Source: an uncultured Bdellovibrionales bacterium (GTDB taxonomy: Bacteria; Patescibacteriota; Minisyncoccia; Moranbacterales; GWC2-37-73). From it: 38,962 bases of DNA. The notes below the pieces were generated by a model that was given only the letters and a program-made list of their open reading frames with translations, searched no databases and was not told the DNA's origin. Below are positions 1-8,438 of the stretch, in pieces; the stretch's first letter is position 1, and each line of letters opens with the position of its first letter. The stretch is taken from assembly GCA_964485555.1 (NCBI GenBank), contig CAZAJN010000033.1, positions 1 through 38,962 on the forward strand. The letters run 5' to 3'. A program made the position numbers and the translations under genes.

Positions 1-519
1 TTCATAGTAGAAAATCTTTCCTCCCTGCATTCCATCCCTTTCAGAAAAATCAACATCCTTGGCCTCGATCCCAACTTCCGCGAATTTTTCTTTCCAAAAG
101 CTCACGGCTTCGTTGTCGCGTGCAATTCCCAGTTCATCATTTCCGCGGAAAACCGTGATGAAAAGTTTTTGAGGATCAAGACCGATTTCCTTGGTCAGAA
201 ATTCAAACATCCAAGCAACCTGCTCTTTCTTGAAATAGTCGCCGAATGACCAATTGCCAAGCATTTCAAAAAAAGTGGTGTGACGATTGTCGCCGACTTC
301 TTCGATGTCCTGAGCGCGGAAACATTTCTGAGAATCCACTAATCTTGTTCCAAGCGGATGCTTCTCTCCGAGCAAATACTGAATCATCGGTTGCATCCCA
401 GATCCCGTGAAAAGTGTGGTTGGATCATTTTCCGGAGTAAGCAAAGCCGAAGGCACGATGGCGTGACCCTTTGATTCAAAAAATTTCAAATATTTTGTTC
501 TCAGTTCGTTTGCCTCCAT
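1..519 (-). CDS. alaS: alanine--tRNA ligase, N-terminal part (gene runs off the left edge)
   Basis: Absent from the ORF track because it is open at the window edge. My translation from the ATG at 519 reads MEANELRTKYLKFFESKGHAIVPSALLTPENDPTTLFTGSGMQ...QKCFRAQDIEEVGDNRHTTFFEMLGNWSFGDYFKKE. This is the AlaRS catalytic-core signature. 519 nt is exactly 173 codons. Confidence 0.9.
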   Translation of the reverse strand, partial: MEANELRTKYLKFFESKGHAIVPSALLTPENDPTTLFTGSGMQPMIQYLLGEKHPLGTRLVDSQKCFRAQDIEEVGDNRHTTFFEMLGNWSFGDYFKKEQVAWMFEFLTKEIGLDPQKLFITVFRGNDELGIARDNEAVSFWKEKFAEVGIEAKDVDFSERDGMQGGKIFYYE

Positions 520-645
520 ATTAGCAGCTTTCAGCTTCTAGCTTTTAGTTTTAAGGTCGAAACCATCAACATTAACAGCAATAAAGCATGAATTATTTAA
601 ATTAGAATATTCCTATTATAATCGGAAATTACCCGAAAGTAAAGC

Positions 646-670
646 AAAAGACGGAGCAAATCCGCCTTTT
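646..670 (-). terminator. putative intrinsic terminator after 690..911
   Basis: AAAAGACGGA-gcaaa-TCCGCCTTTT: a short GC stem (one mismatch) flanked by an A-run and a T-run, about 20 nt past the stop codon. Confidence 0.4.
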
Positions 671-689
671 ACACAAAACAAGAATTTTT

Positions 690-911
690 TTATTTTAACA
701 TTTTTGCAAGCTCTTCCCTTTCTTTTCTGCCAACCAGATACTTATAATCTCTTTCTTTCAAAAACAAATCAATTGCTTGATCGAGGGTGATTTTTCCACT
801 AGCCAGATCTCGGCCGACTTGCCTCATATTGGATTCTCCAATGCTTGATAATTTTTCCTTAAAACCTTTTTGTTCAATAAATTTTTTGACAACCGAAAGA
901 AAATCCTTCAT
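690..911 (-). CDS. hypothetical small protein (73 aa)
   Basis: ORF on the same strand as its neighbours, with compact spacing. I recognise no motif. Confidence 0.5.
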   Translation of the reverse strand: MKDFLSVVKKFIEQKGFKEKLSSIGESNMRQVGRDLASGKITLDQAIDLFLKERDYKYLVGRKEREELAKMLK

Positions 912-928
912 ATTATTTTTGTGAGATA

Positions 929-1189
929 TTATCTTCCTAAATTATTCATCTGATGCTTTAATTTTATCAGTTCATTTTGCATCATGGTGTTTTCTGCTTG
1001 CAATTTCTTCAAAAGATTCTCCTTCAGTGTCAGATCCATCTGAAGTTGCGCTTGATTGTGCTTGATGTCCCTCACGGCGATTTCAGCTTCCAGGCGCGCG
1101 CGCATGTTCTTTTTGACATCGCTGTCCTTGAGCATAATATCCATCTGCATCTTTTTCTTCTGTGACATCAATTCTGGTGATAATTGCAT
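929..1189 (-). CDS. hypothetical coiled-coil protein (86 aa)
   Basis: K/E/Q/L/M-rich heptad-like sequence (…LQMDLTLKENLLKKLQAENTMMQNELIKLKHQ…). No TM segment and no family recognised. Confidence 0.55.
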   Translation of the reverse strand: MQLSPELMSQKKKMQMDIMLKDSDVKKNMRARLEAEIAVRDIKHNQAQLQMDLTLKENLLKKLQAENTMMQNELIKLKHQMNNLGR

Positions 1190-1330
1190 AGCAGCTTTTT
1201 AGGCATTAGTTTCATTAGCTTTTTAGCTTTAGGAATTCCCAAGTGCCAATAAAAACCAATAAAATTAACTTCTAATTTATAATTGAATTTTCTAACTAGC
1301 TGATAGCCTGAGAAGCTAAAAAGCTAGAGA
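1190..1330. repeat. AGCT-rich inverted repeat overlapping the mnmA stop codon
   Basis: TTAGCTTTTTAGCTTTAGG (about 1215-1233) faces CCTGAGAAGCTAAAAAGCTAG (about 1308-1328), an imperfect ~18-bp pairing across a ~75-nt loop. Same TAGCT-type motif as at 521-556, 13512-13602 and 24765-24812. Confidence 0.6.
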
Positions 1331-2448
1331 ATTGTTCCTCCTCCGAGCACTTCATTGTCGTCAGCATAGAAAACCGCTGATTGTCCTGGCGTAATCGCTT
1401 TTTGCGCCTCCATGAATTCAACTTCGCACATAGTCTTTTCTCTTCTCTTGTTTGTTTCTTGTTTTCTTATTATACCACGCACCAAAGGATGACGATACCT
1501 GATCTTCACATTAACTTCCATCGGGAAAGTTGGCTCATCCGCAATCCAATTCTTGAGCTCAACCAGCATGGTTTTCTTGAAAATCTTTTCATCAGTCTCA
1601 TCATTGGTCACGATCAATTGATTATTTTCAAAATCTCTGTCAACCACAAAATATGGGCCGTTTCCACCAATATTGATTCCTTTTCTTTGTCCAATAGTAT
1701 AAATTTCCAAACCATCATGGGTACCGATTTTTTCTCCTTCAGTATTAACAATATCACCAACTGATAATGTCAGATTGCGCTTGATGAATTTGGTCGGCGT
1801 CTTTTCCGGAGTGAAGCAAAGTCCTTGCGAATCTTCCTTGTCAAAAATCGGCAGTTTCAATTTTTCAGCAATCTTTCTGATTTCAGGTTTCTTATATCCG
1901 CCCACTGGAAACATGATCCGAGAAAGTTGTTTTTGTGAAAGAGAATACAAAAAATACGTCTGATCCTTTTCCTCGTCAGATGATGTGTAGAGATGGTATT
2001 TCCCCTGCCTACCGGCAGGCAAGCATCTATCTTTTCTTACCTTGGCATAATGTCCAGTTGCAACAAAATCAGCGTCCATTTCCAACATTTTCTTGTACAA
2101 AAAATTGAATTTGATCCTTTCATTGCAAACCACGCACGGATTTGGAGTCCTTCCAGCTTTGATTTCTTCCAGAAAATAATCCACCACTTCCTTTTTGAAT
2201 TCCTCAGCCGCGTTCACTGTATAAAGCGGAATATCCAAAATCTGAGCGACTTTGCGAGCATCCTGTTGGGATTCCACCGAACAACATTTGTTCTCCCTCA
2301 ACTCATCCTGTCCAGGCTCTTTCCAGAAATGCAAAAAAACTCCCACGACATCATAGCCCTGCTCTTTTAAAAGTGCGGCTGCTACAGAAGAATCAACCCC
2401 CGCGCTCATCCCCACAATCACTCGTTTTTTTGCTGCTTTTTTATTCAT
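1324..2448 (-). CDS. mnmA: tRNA-specific 2-thiouridylase MnmA
   Basis: PP-loop VGMSAGVDSSVAA at the N-terminus, ATGHYA…KDQTYFLY, full-length 374 aa. Confidence 0.93.
   Translation of the reverse strand: MNKKAAKKRVIVGMSAGVDSSVAAALLKEQGYDVVGVFLHFWKEPGQDELRENKCCSVESQQDARKVAQILDIPLYTVNAAEEFKKEVVDYFLEEIKAGRTPNPCVVCNERIKFNFLYKKMLEMDADFVATGHYAKVRKDRCLPAGRQGKYHLYTSSDEEKDQTYFLYSLSQKQLSRIMFPVGGYKKPEIRKIAEKLKLPIFDKEDSQGLCFTPEKTPTKFIKRNLTLSVGDIVNTEGEKIGTHDGLEIYTIGQRKGINIGGNGPYFVVDRDFENNQLIVTNDETDEKIFKKTMLVELKNWIADEPTFPMEVNVKIRYRHPLVRGIIRKQETNKRREKTMCEVEFMEAQKAITPGQSAVFYADDNEVLGGGTIL
2004..2021. repeat. 18-nt GC-rich palindromic element, copy 1 (in-frame inside mnmA)
   Basis: CCTGCCTACCGGCAGGCA is identical to 13273-13290. 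On the coding strand it reads TTG CCT GCC GGT AGG CAG = LPAGRQ. Confidence 0.85.
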
Positions 2449-2457
2449 ATGTACCCC

Positions 2458-2486
2458 ATTCTACCAGCATTTCATTTATCTGTAAA
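2458..2486 (-). promoter_or_regulatory. putative sigma70-type promoter of mnmA, near-leaderless
   Basis: Minus strand reads TTTACA-N17-TAGAAT, followed by 9 nt (ggggtacat) and the ATG at 2448. No SD. Confidence 0.45.
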
Positions 2487-2632
2487 CGTTACACCAGCAA
2501 ACCATTGCACAGAAAAATTTTAAGCAAGAAAATCCCTCGACCACTTTTCGACGACCGCATTAATCTGGTTGCGGTGTAGGAAAACTGTAATGGCAATAAT
2601 AGCAAAGAAAAAAAGGAGGGTTGCATGCTAAA

Positions 2633-2746
2633 TTACACAATAGATGCAATAACCTCATCAAAGCTTGAAACGATCTTGAAAGGATTTCCCTTTTCAAGCC
2701 TATGAAAATCTATCGCTTTGTTCTTTGAATCACTTTCCCAACTCAT
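2633..2746 (-). pseudogene. remnant of a HAD-hydrolase 3' end (paralogous to 5373..5957)
   Basis: 2655-2704 matches 5398-5447 at 46/50 nt. The minus-strand frame gives …IDFHRLEKGNPFKIVSSFDEVIASIV*, compared with …VDFGFHERHRLEKGNPFKIVSRFDEILEVVNT* in the intact gene. Only ~37 codons are open. Confidence 0.45.
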
Positions 2747-2892
2747 CAATAAGAGATTTTTCGCCTTCCATATTTGACACACCAGTATTATAAAACTTAC
2801 CATCAGAAACTTTCAATTTCAGCTGGTGACATTTTGTCACTGATTCATTTCCTTCCTTGTTGAGTCTTTCGTTTTTCGTGCTTTTTAAAACA

Positions 2893-3714
2893 CTAAATTA
2901 TAGCTCTTTTTGCTCGAATTTTACTACCAAAGAATTTACTGCCTAGAACATCAAATTTTTTTGTTAAATCAGTAGAATAAAAGTCACGCACTTTATCCTT
3001 GGTCAATATATTTTCTATTTTTGGATGTCTCAATAAATAGTCTTTCAGCTTTTTTGCCACAATTTTTTCTTCAGAAACGACGTTTATGTCTTTGCCAACA
3101 ATTTTTCTTATTCTTGATTCCAATATTCCATAGTGGGTGCATCCAAGAATAAGAGTATCTATCTTTTTATCAACCAGCGGTTTCAGATATTTTTTCAATA
3201 TAATATCGGTTATCTTTGAATCATGTTCCCCAGCTTCAACAATAGGAACGAGCAGCGGACAGGAATTTTGATATACGCACACATCGCCATCAAGCTTCAG
3301 TAATTCTCTTATGAAAGATTCTAATGAAACAGTGCTCTCGGTTGCCATGACACCAATTTTTTTATTCTTAGTTTTTGAAACAGCAAATTGAGCAGCGGGG
3401 ACTATAACACCCAACACTTTCTTGTTTGGATGATGAACTGGCAGATGTTCTTGCTGAATTCTGCGGAGAGCATCACTTGATGCAGTGTTACAAGCTAGGA
3501 TTATTAGCTCACAATTTTTACTAAACAAAAAATCTACAGCCTGCTTTGTAAATTCATAAATAATTTCCTTTGAACGAGTTCCGTAGGGTACACGAGCGGT
3601 ATCCCCCAAATAAATATAATTATATTCAGGCAATTCCTTTACAATGCCTTTCATAATATTCAATCCTCCAAACCCAGAGTCGAATATTCCGATTGATTTG
3701 TTATCTTTACCCAT
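2893..3714 (-). CDS. murI: glutamate racemase
   Basis: GIFDSGFGGL, ILACNTAS and LGCTHY catalytic-Cys motifs. I moved the start to M13 (3714) so it does not overlap 3722..4000; the ORF-track start at 3750 remains possible. Confidence 0.9.
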   Translation of the reverse strand: MGKDNKSIGIFDSGFGGLNIMKGIVKELPEYNYIYLGDTARVPYGTRSKEIIYEFTKQAVDFLFSKNCELIILACNTASSDALRRIQQEHLPVHHPNKKVLGVIVPAAQFAVSKTKNKKIGVMATESTVSLESFIRELLKLDGDVCVYQNSCPLLVPIVEAGEHDSKITDIILKKYLKPLVDKKIDTLILGCTHYGILESRIRKIVGKDINVVSEEKIVAKKLKDYLLRHPKIENILTKDKVRDFYSTDLTKKFDVLGSKFFGSKIRAKRAII

Positions 3715-3721
3715 AATGCAT

Positions 3722-4000
3722 TTATTTCTTGAATTTTTTCTGAGCCTCAATAGCCTCTCTTATACACTCCTCTGGGTCAAAGCCAAGGTCATCACACCAT
3801 CTTATTGTAGAAAATATGATATTACCAAGTTCTTTTTTGAGTTCATTATCAGTGTGAATATCTTCATCCTTTACAGCATTTCTTTCCCAGCGACAGATAT
3901 CGCCAAATACTTTACCCATTCTAACAATGATTTGCGACAGGCTTAATTTTTGATCACCCCAAATATCACGACTTTGACTCAAAAGATTTTTTATCTCCAT
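3722..4000 (-). CDS. MazG-like nucleotide pyrophosphohydrolase family protein (small, all-helical)
   Basis: 92 aa with paired acidic helices (…ELGNIIFSTIRWCDDLGFDPEECIREAIE…). Family assignment is from memory of MazG-type proteins. Confidence 0.55.
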   Translation of the reverse strand: MEIKNLLSQSRDIWGDQKLSLSQIIVRMGKVFGDICRWERNAVKDEDIHTDNELKKELGNIIFSTIRWCDDLGFDPEECIREAIEAQKKFKK

Positions 4001-4017
4001 ATCATTATGAATAATTA

Positions 4018-4758
4018 TTATTTCAAATTATATCCACCATCTACAAAAATGTTCTGTCCAGTAATACTCTTGGCTTTTTCAGATGCGAGAAATAAAACCA
4101 TTTCTGCAATATCCCTAGACTCGACAAGTTTTCCAAGTGGAACATTTTTCAAAACTTCTTCAAGTTCATCCTTTGGAGCAGTGAGCCAATAGCCAGCCTT
4201 AACTGCGCCAGGCGAAACCGCATTAACTCTGCCGAATGGTGCAAGCAATTTTGCATAGGATTGAGTTATGTTGGCGACTCCTGCTTTTGCAGCCGAGTAC
4301 GATAGAGAATCATATGTTCCTTGAGCAGAAAGTCTTGAAGAAATATTCACAATTACACCAGATTTCTGTTCTTGAAAAAGTTTAGCTGCATATTTTGACA
4401 TATTCATAACAGACACTAAATTTTGCTCAAGACTTTTTGTCCAAATTTCAGCAGTGCCATCCCATTCGTCACCATCAATATACCTTCCGGCATTGTTGAC
4501 CAAAATATCTATTTTCCCAAATTTCTTTTTTGTCATTTCAATAACATTTTTTGACTCCAACTCATCAATCAAGTCTGCTTGAATTGCCATCATTTTACAT
4601 CCCATAGCAGTGAGCTTATATGAAATTTCTTCTGCTCCAGATTGATTTTCTTTGTATGTAATTACGACATTTGCACCTTCTTTTGCAAATGCAAGTGCGG
4701 TTTCAGCCCCGATTCCACTTGATGCACCAGTTATAATGACGACTTTATCCTCAAACAT
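4018..4758 (-). CDS. SDR-family oxidoreductase (FabG-like)
   Basis: TGASSGIG Rossmann motif, NNAG, and the YSAAK catalytic Tyr-x3-Lys. Confidence 0.85.
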   Translation of the reverse strand: MFEDKVVIITGASSGIGAETALAFAKEGANVVITYKENQSGAEEISYKLTAMGCKMMAIQADLIDELESKNVIEMTKKKFGKIDILVNNAGRYIDGDEWDGTAEIWTKSLEQNLVSVMNMSKYAAKLFQEQKSGVIVNISSRLSAQGTYDSLSYSAAKAGVANITQSYAKLLAPFGRVNAVSPGAVKAGYWLTAPKDELEEVLKNVPLGKLVESRDIAEMVLFLASEKAKSITGQNIFVDGGYNLK

Positions 4759-4778
4759 ATTTATTTTGAAATTATAAA

Positions 4779-5303
4779 TTATTTTTTAACTTTATAATGA
4801 AGCTGGACCAAACCATTCTCTTTTTGCTTAATATCAATCAATTCCAGACTGTATCCGAAATCTTCTTTTGAAAAAATTGGGATTCCACTTCCCAGAACAA
4901 ACGGCTCCACACTCAAAACTATTTCATCAACCAAGCCAGCTCTCATGAAGGAACTATTATTAGTAGCACCGCCCACAACCAACATCTTTTCAAATCCCTT
5001 GCCACTCAATTTTTCAACGGCGTCATTCGGAGAGTTTGCAATGATATAATCTTCGTCAGTGGTAAATTCACTATTTGCCGAAACAATAACTTTTTGCACA
5101 CCTATTATGCTGTCAAAATTGTATGTCTCATCATTCCAACTTTTGACTACTTCGTAAGTTTTTCTGCCTATCACGAAACAGCCACATTCTTTGGCTAGAT
5201 TACAAAAACTCTCCCAACTTTCATGAGAAATAAAATCTTCTTGCCCGTTTTCTCTGGCGACGTAACCATTAACAGATGTCGCCATAAATAAAATTGTTTT
5301 CAT
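4779..5303 (-). CDS. dihydrofolate-reductase-like (RibD C-terminal domain) family protein
   Basis: MATSVNGYVA…VIGRKTYE…VVGGATNNSSFMRAGLVDEIVLSVEPFVLGSGIPIF pattern. Confidence 0.7.
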   Translation of the reverse strand: MKTILFMATSVNGYVARENGQEDFISHESWESFCNLAKECGCFVIGRKTYEVVKSWNDETYNFDSIIGVQKVIVSANSEFTTDEDYIIANSPNDAVEKLSGKGFEKMLVVGGATNNSSFMRAGLVDEIVLSVEPFVLGSGIPIFSKEDFGYSLELIDIKQKENGLVQLHYKVKK

Positions 5304-5372
5304 ACTATTTTGCGTTAGCTAATATTTTTCCTTCACCATTTGATCCAAGGGACGTTCCTTCATAAACCATTT

Positions 5373-5957
5373 TTATGTATTCACAACCTCCAATATCTCA
5401 TCAAACCTCGAAACAATCTTGAATGGATTTCCCTTTTCAAGCCTATGTCGCTCATGAAATCCAAAATCCACTGCAATGGTTTTAAGTTCAACCTTATTTG
5501 CTTCTAAAATATCCCCCAATGTGTCAGTCACAAAAATACAATCCTCAGCTGTAAGGTTATACTTTTCAAATATATATTTGAATTTTTTGACTTTGGATTG
5601 ATGTGTCTGAGCCCCAAGTATTTCTTTGAAAATGTGAGTGAAATTATTGTTTTGGAAATAAATATTTAGTGCCTCTTCCTGATTAGAGGAAACGATAAAC
5701 AAGTTATATTTCTCTGACAGCTTTTCCAAATTCTTTTTTATGTTCGCATCTATTTCTAAATATTGAAATGCCTCGCTTTGCAATTTGTAGGATTCCTTAT
5801 CTTTTCTTTTTTGCTCTTCAGTGATTTCCCTTTCAAAAAAATTTCCACTGAAAAAATCCTTGAATTCGTCTTCGTCTATTCCTTTCCCGAAGATTCTATA
5901 GGCTAACTCATACGTATCATGAATCACTCCATCAAAATCAAATATTATCGTTTTCAT
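5373..5957 (-). CDS. HAD-superfamily hydrolase
   Basis: Motif I IIFDFDGVIHDT at the N-terminus, then VSSN and VTDTLGDI motifs. Confidence 0.8.
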   Translation of the reverse strand: MKTIIFDFDGVIHDTYELAYRIFGKGIDEDEFKDFFSGNFFEREITEEQKRKDKESYKLQSEAFQYLEIDANIKKNLEKLSEKYNLFIVSSNQEEALNIYFQNNNFTHIFKEILGAQTHQSKVKKFKYIFEKYNLTAEDCIFVTDTLGDILEANKVELKTIAVDFGFHERHRLEKGNPFKIVSRFDEILEVVNT

Positions 5958-6011
5958 AATTTAAATCAAATATAAAGACAAACTCCCATCACTGAGAGCT
6001 TATCTGGCAGA

Positions 6012-8174
6012 TTATTTTTCTTCACCACTGCGGGTTTTGTTGATCAAATTTCGCACTTCATCCAAATTCACATTTGGACGCTGGCGGGGTTTGAATTTCT
6101 TGGGTGCGATGTGTTGCATTTGCGAAAGTGACATCGGGCGATCCTGTGGTTCATAGGTTTTGTGCTCGATTTTTCTTTGAACAGGAACGTATGGCCTAGG
6201 ATTTTGTCGGGTTTGTTGCACGCCAGTTCCGGCAGGAGTTTGCGGTGGCCTTGCCTGAGAATATTGAGGCTGTTGAGGAGCTGGAGATGCAATTGCAGGT
6301 TGAACATCAACGGTCGCTTCTTCTTGCTCTCTTTGCATTTTTCTTTCTTGGTTCAGTTTTTCCTTGGCAGTCATTCGCTGATAGTCTTTCAAGCAATCCT
6401 TGCAGAAAGTAGGACGTTTTCCGTCTGGTTGAAACGGAACTTGGATCTGATCTCCGCACATGTCACAAATCGCTTCAAACACTGGCTTTGGCGGTTCCAG
6501 CTGGTTATATTCGCCCAGATCGTCAGCGGGCGCAGGAGCGGGTTGAAAAGAGACCGGCTCTTGCATCACTTTTGAAGCCTCAGCTTGTCCTAGAGGCTCT
6601 GGCGTGCTCACAGGGGGTTTTGGAGCTTGAAATTGCGGAGTTTCGGGCTCAATTTTTTCCACCGGCTTGACCCCACTGCTGGTTTTTGGAGCAACAAATT
6701 GAGATGCGGCTGGTTGCCTTGGAGCTGTGAAAGCTGGAGCAGGTCCTTGCACTGGATTTTGAATTGAAGGCTGAGCAGGCGCAAAATTTGGATTCGCAGC
6801 TGGCGGTCGCTGATAGACAGTAGCTCCCTGATATGGAGTATTTGAATTGGTCGGTTGCGGACCGTTCACTGTTGGAAATCCTCCCACCGGCATAACGCCA
6901 GACCAGCGAGCAATCTTGTCTTCGACTTCCTCCTTGCTGGACGCATAGCGTTCACGAGAAGCGGCAATGATTTTTTCTTCATTTTCCATCGTGTCTTCAA
7001 TATAGATCGGCGGAAGAACCTGAGCAGAAAAAGCATCGCCCGCGATTCCATCAATCATGAGCTTCAGATAGATGTTATATTTCGGAAGATTGACGATATC
7101 ATTCTGCACGAACACCGGAGCAAATTCTTTTTCCAAAAATTCCGCATCAGTGGCGCCAACCCTAAATGAAATGATCGTGCCAGCATTACCGAAAATAGCG
7201 TCTCGAACTTTTTCGTCGATCTGCGTGATATACTGGTTCGCCAAAATAAGATTCAAGCGATATTTTCGAGCTTCAGACAAAATGTTTGCGAAAGATTCAG
7301 TGGCAAAGTTTTGGAATTCATCAACGTACAAATAGAAATCTTTTCGGTCTTCCTCCTTGATATCCACGCGACCCATGGCCGCCAACTGAATTTTGGTGAT
7401 CATCATGGCTCCCAAAAGTGCCCCATTGTCCTCACCGATGCGCCCCTTGGAAAGATTGATGATCAAAATCTTTTGCGTGTCCATAGCATTGCGGATGTCA
7501 AAAGATGATTGCGTCTGACCGACGATGTTTCGAATCAGTGAACTGGAAAGGAATTGTCCGACCTTGTTTTGAATCGGAGAAACGACTTCCTGCAAAACTT
7601 TGTCGCTCCATTTTGGAAATTCATCCACCCAAAATTGCCTGATCACAGGATCAGTCACTTTGTCGACGACTTTTTCTCGATATTTCTTATCAACCAAAAT
7701 TCTAGTCACGCCCAAAAGAGTGCTGCCTGGATATTCCAAAAGTGCCAAGATGGCATTACGCAGAATATACTCCAAACGAGGTCCCCAAGAATCCGCCCAA
7801 ATCTTTTTGAACACACCGATAAGTCCCGACGCCACCAAATGGCGATAGTCAGGATCGACAGATTCCATCACATTGAATGCGAGTGGAAAATTCTGATCGG
7901 CAGGATTCAAATAGATGACGTCATTGATTCGATTTGCAGGAATTGATTTCAAGAGTTTCTCAGCCGTGTCGCCGTGCGGATCGATGTAGCAGATTCCATG
8001 TCCGTTGCGGATATCTTGAACAACCAAATTCTCTAAGAGATTGGTTTTTCCCATACCGGTCTTTCCGATGATGTACATGTGACGAGTGCGGTCATCAGTC
8101 TTTATTCCAAAAACACGTTCCTGATTTCTGAAGTTTGTTTTTGCAAAAAATGCGATTTCGTTATTGTTTGACAT
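6012..8174 (-). CDS. P-loop NTPase of the TraD/TraG(VirD4) coupling-protein type, with P/Q-rich tail and C-terminal CxxC-x17-CxxC zinc ribbon
   Basis: Walker A IIGKTGMGKT and Walker B FYLYVDEFQNF, then ARKYRLNLILANQY. About 200 aa of P/Q/A-rich low complexity follows. The ribbon is CDMCGDQIQVPFQPDGKRPTFCKDC (nt 6393-6467), followed by a basic tail. No TM segment. Confidence 0.75.
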   Translation of the reverse strand: MSNNNEIAFFAKTNFRNQERVFGIKTDDRTRHMYIIGKTGMGKTNLLENLVVQDIRNGHGICYIDPHGDTAEKLLKSIPANRINDVIYLNPADQNFPLAFNVMESVDPDYRHLVASGLIGVFKKIWADSWGPRLEYILRNAILALLEYPGSTLLGVTRILVDKKYREKVVDKVTDPVIRQFWVDEFPKWSDKVLQEVVSPIQNKVGQFLSSSLIRNIVGQTQSSFDIRNAMDTQKILIINLSKGRIGEDNGALLGAMMITKIQLAAMGRVDIKEEDRKDFYLYVDEFQNFATESFANILSEARKYRLNLILANQYITQIDEKVRDAIFGNAGTIISFRVGATDAEFLEKEFAPVFVQNDIVNLPKYNIYLKLMIDGIAGDAFSAQVLPPIYIEDTMENEEKIIAASRERYASSKEEVEDKIARWSGVMPVGGFPTVNGPQPTNSNTPYQGATVYQRPPAANPNFAPAQPSIQNPVQGPAPAFTAPRQPAASQFVAPKTSSGVKPVEKIEPETPQFQAPKPPVSTPEPLGQAEASKVMQEPVSFQPAPAPADDLGEYNQLEPPKPVFEAICDMCGDQIQVPFQPDGKRPTFCKDCLKDYQRMTAKEKLNQERKMQREQEEATVDVQPAIASPAPQQPQYSQARPPQTPAGTGVQQTRQNPRPYVPVQRKIEHKTYEPQDRPMSLSQMQHIAPKKFKPRQRPNVNLDEVRNLINKTRSGEEK

Positions 8175-8200
8175 ACTAGCGTTGTAGTAAATATTTACTT

Positions 8201-8268
8201 GAATTACGAATCATGAATCATGAATTACGCAAAAGCATTTTTTCTTTATTCACGATTCCAGATTCCAT
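8201..8268. repeat. heptamer-armed inverted repeat (GAATYAY family)
   Basis: GAATTAC GAATCAT GAATCAT GAATTAC (8201-8228) faces ATTCACG ATTCCAG ATTCCAT (8248-8268). Confidence 0.75.
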
Positions 8269-8438
8269 TTCTATCGAAATTGAATGATGAAATTTTTCGA
8301 GAAGTTAGTTGTTTGAAAATCCATATTTTCTTTGAATTTTTTTGTATCTTGTAGTGGCCTACGAAAAAATTCAACAAGAAAAGATAGGATTTGAGTCAAC
8401 TTCGCAGAAAAATATTATCATTCAAGTTTTTATAGATT

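Noticed and set aside
1094-1103. (GC)5 alternating run GCGCGCGCGC inside the small coiled-coil ORF, as a possible Z-DNA or repeat element.
   Set aside because: It is a single occurrence that reads through in-frame as …MRARLE…. It has no partner copy or flanking structure and is probably just codon choice for Arg/Ala.
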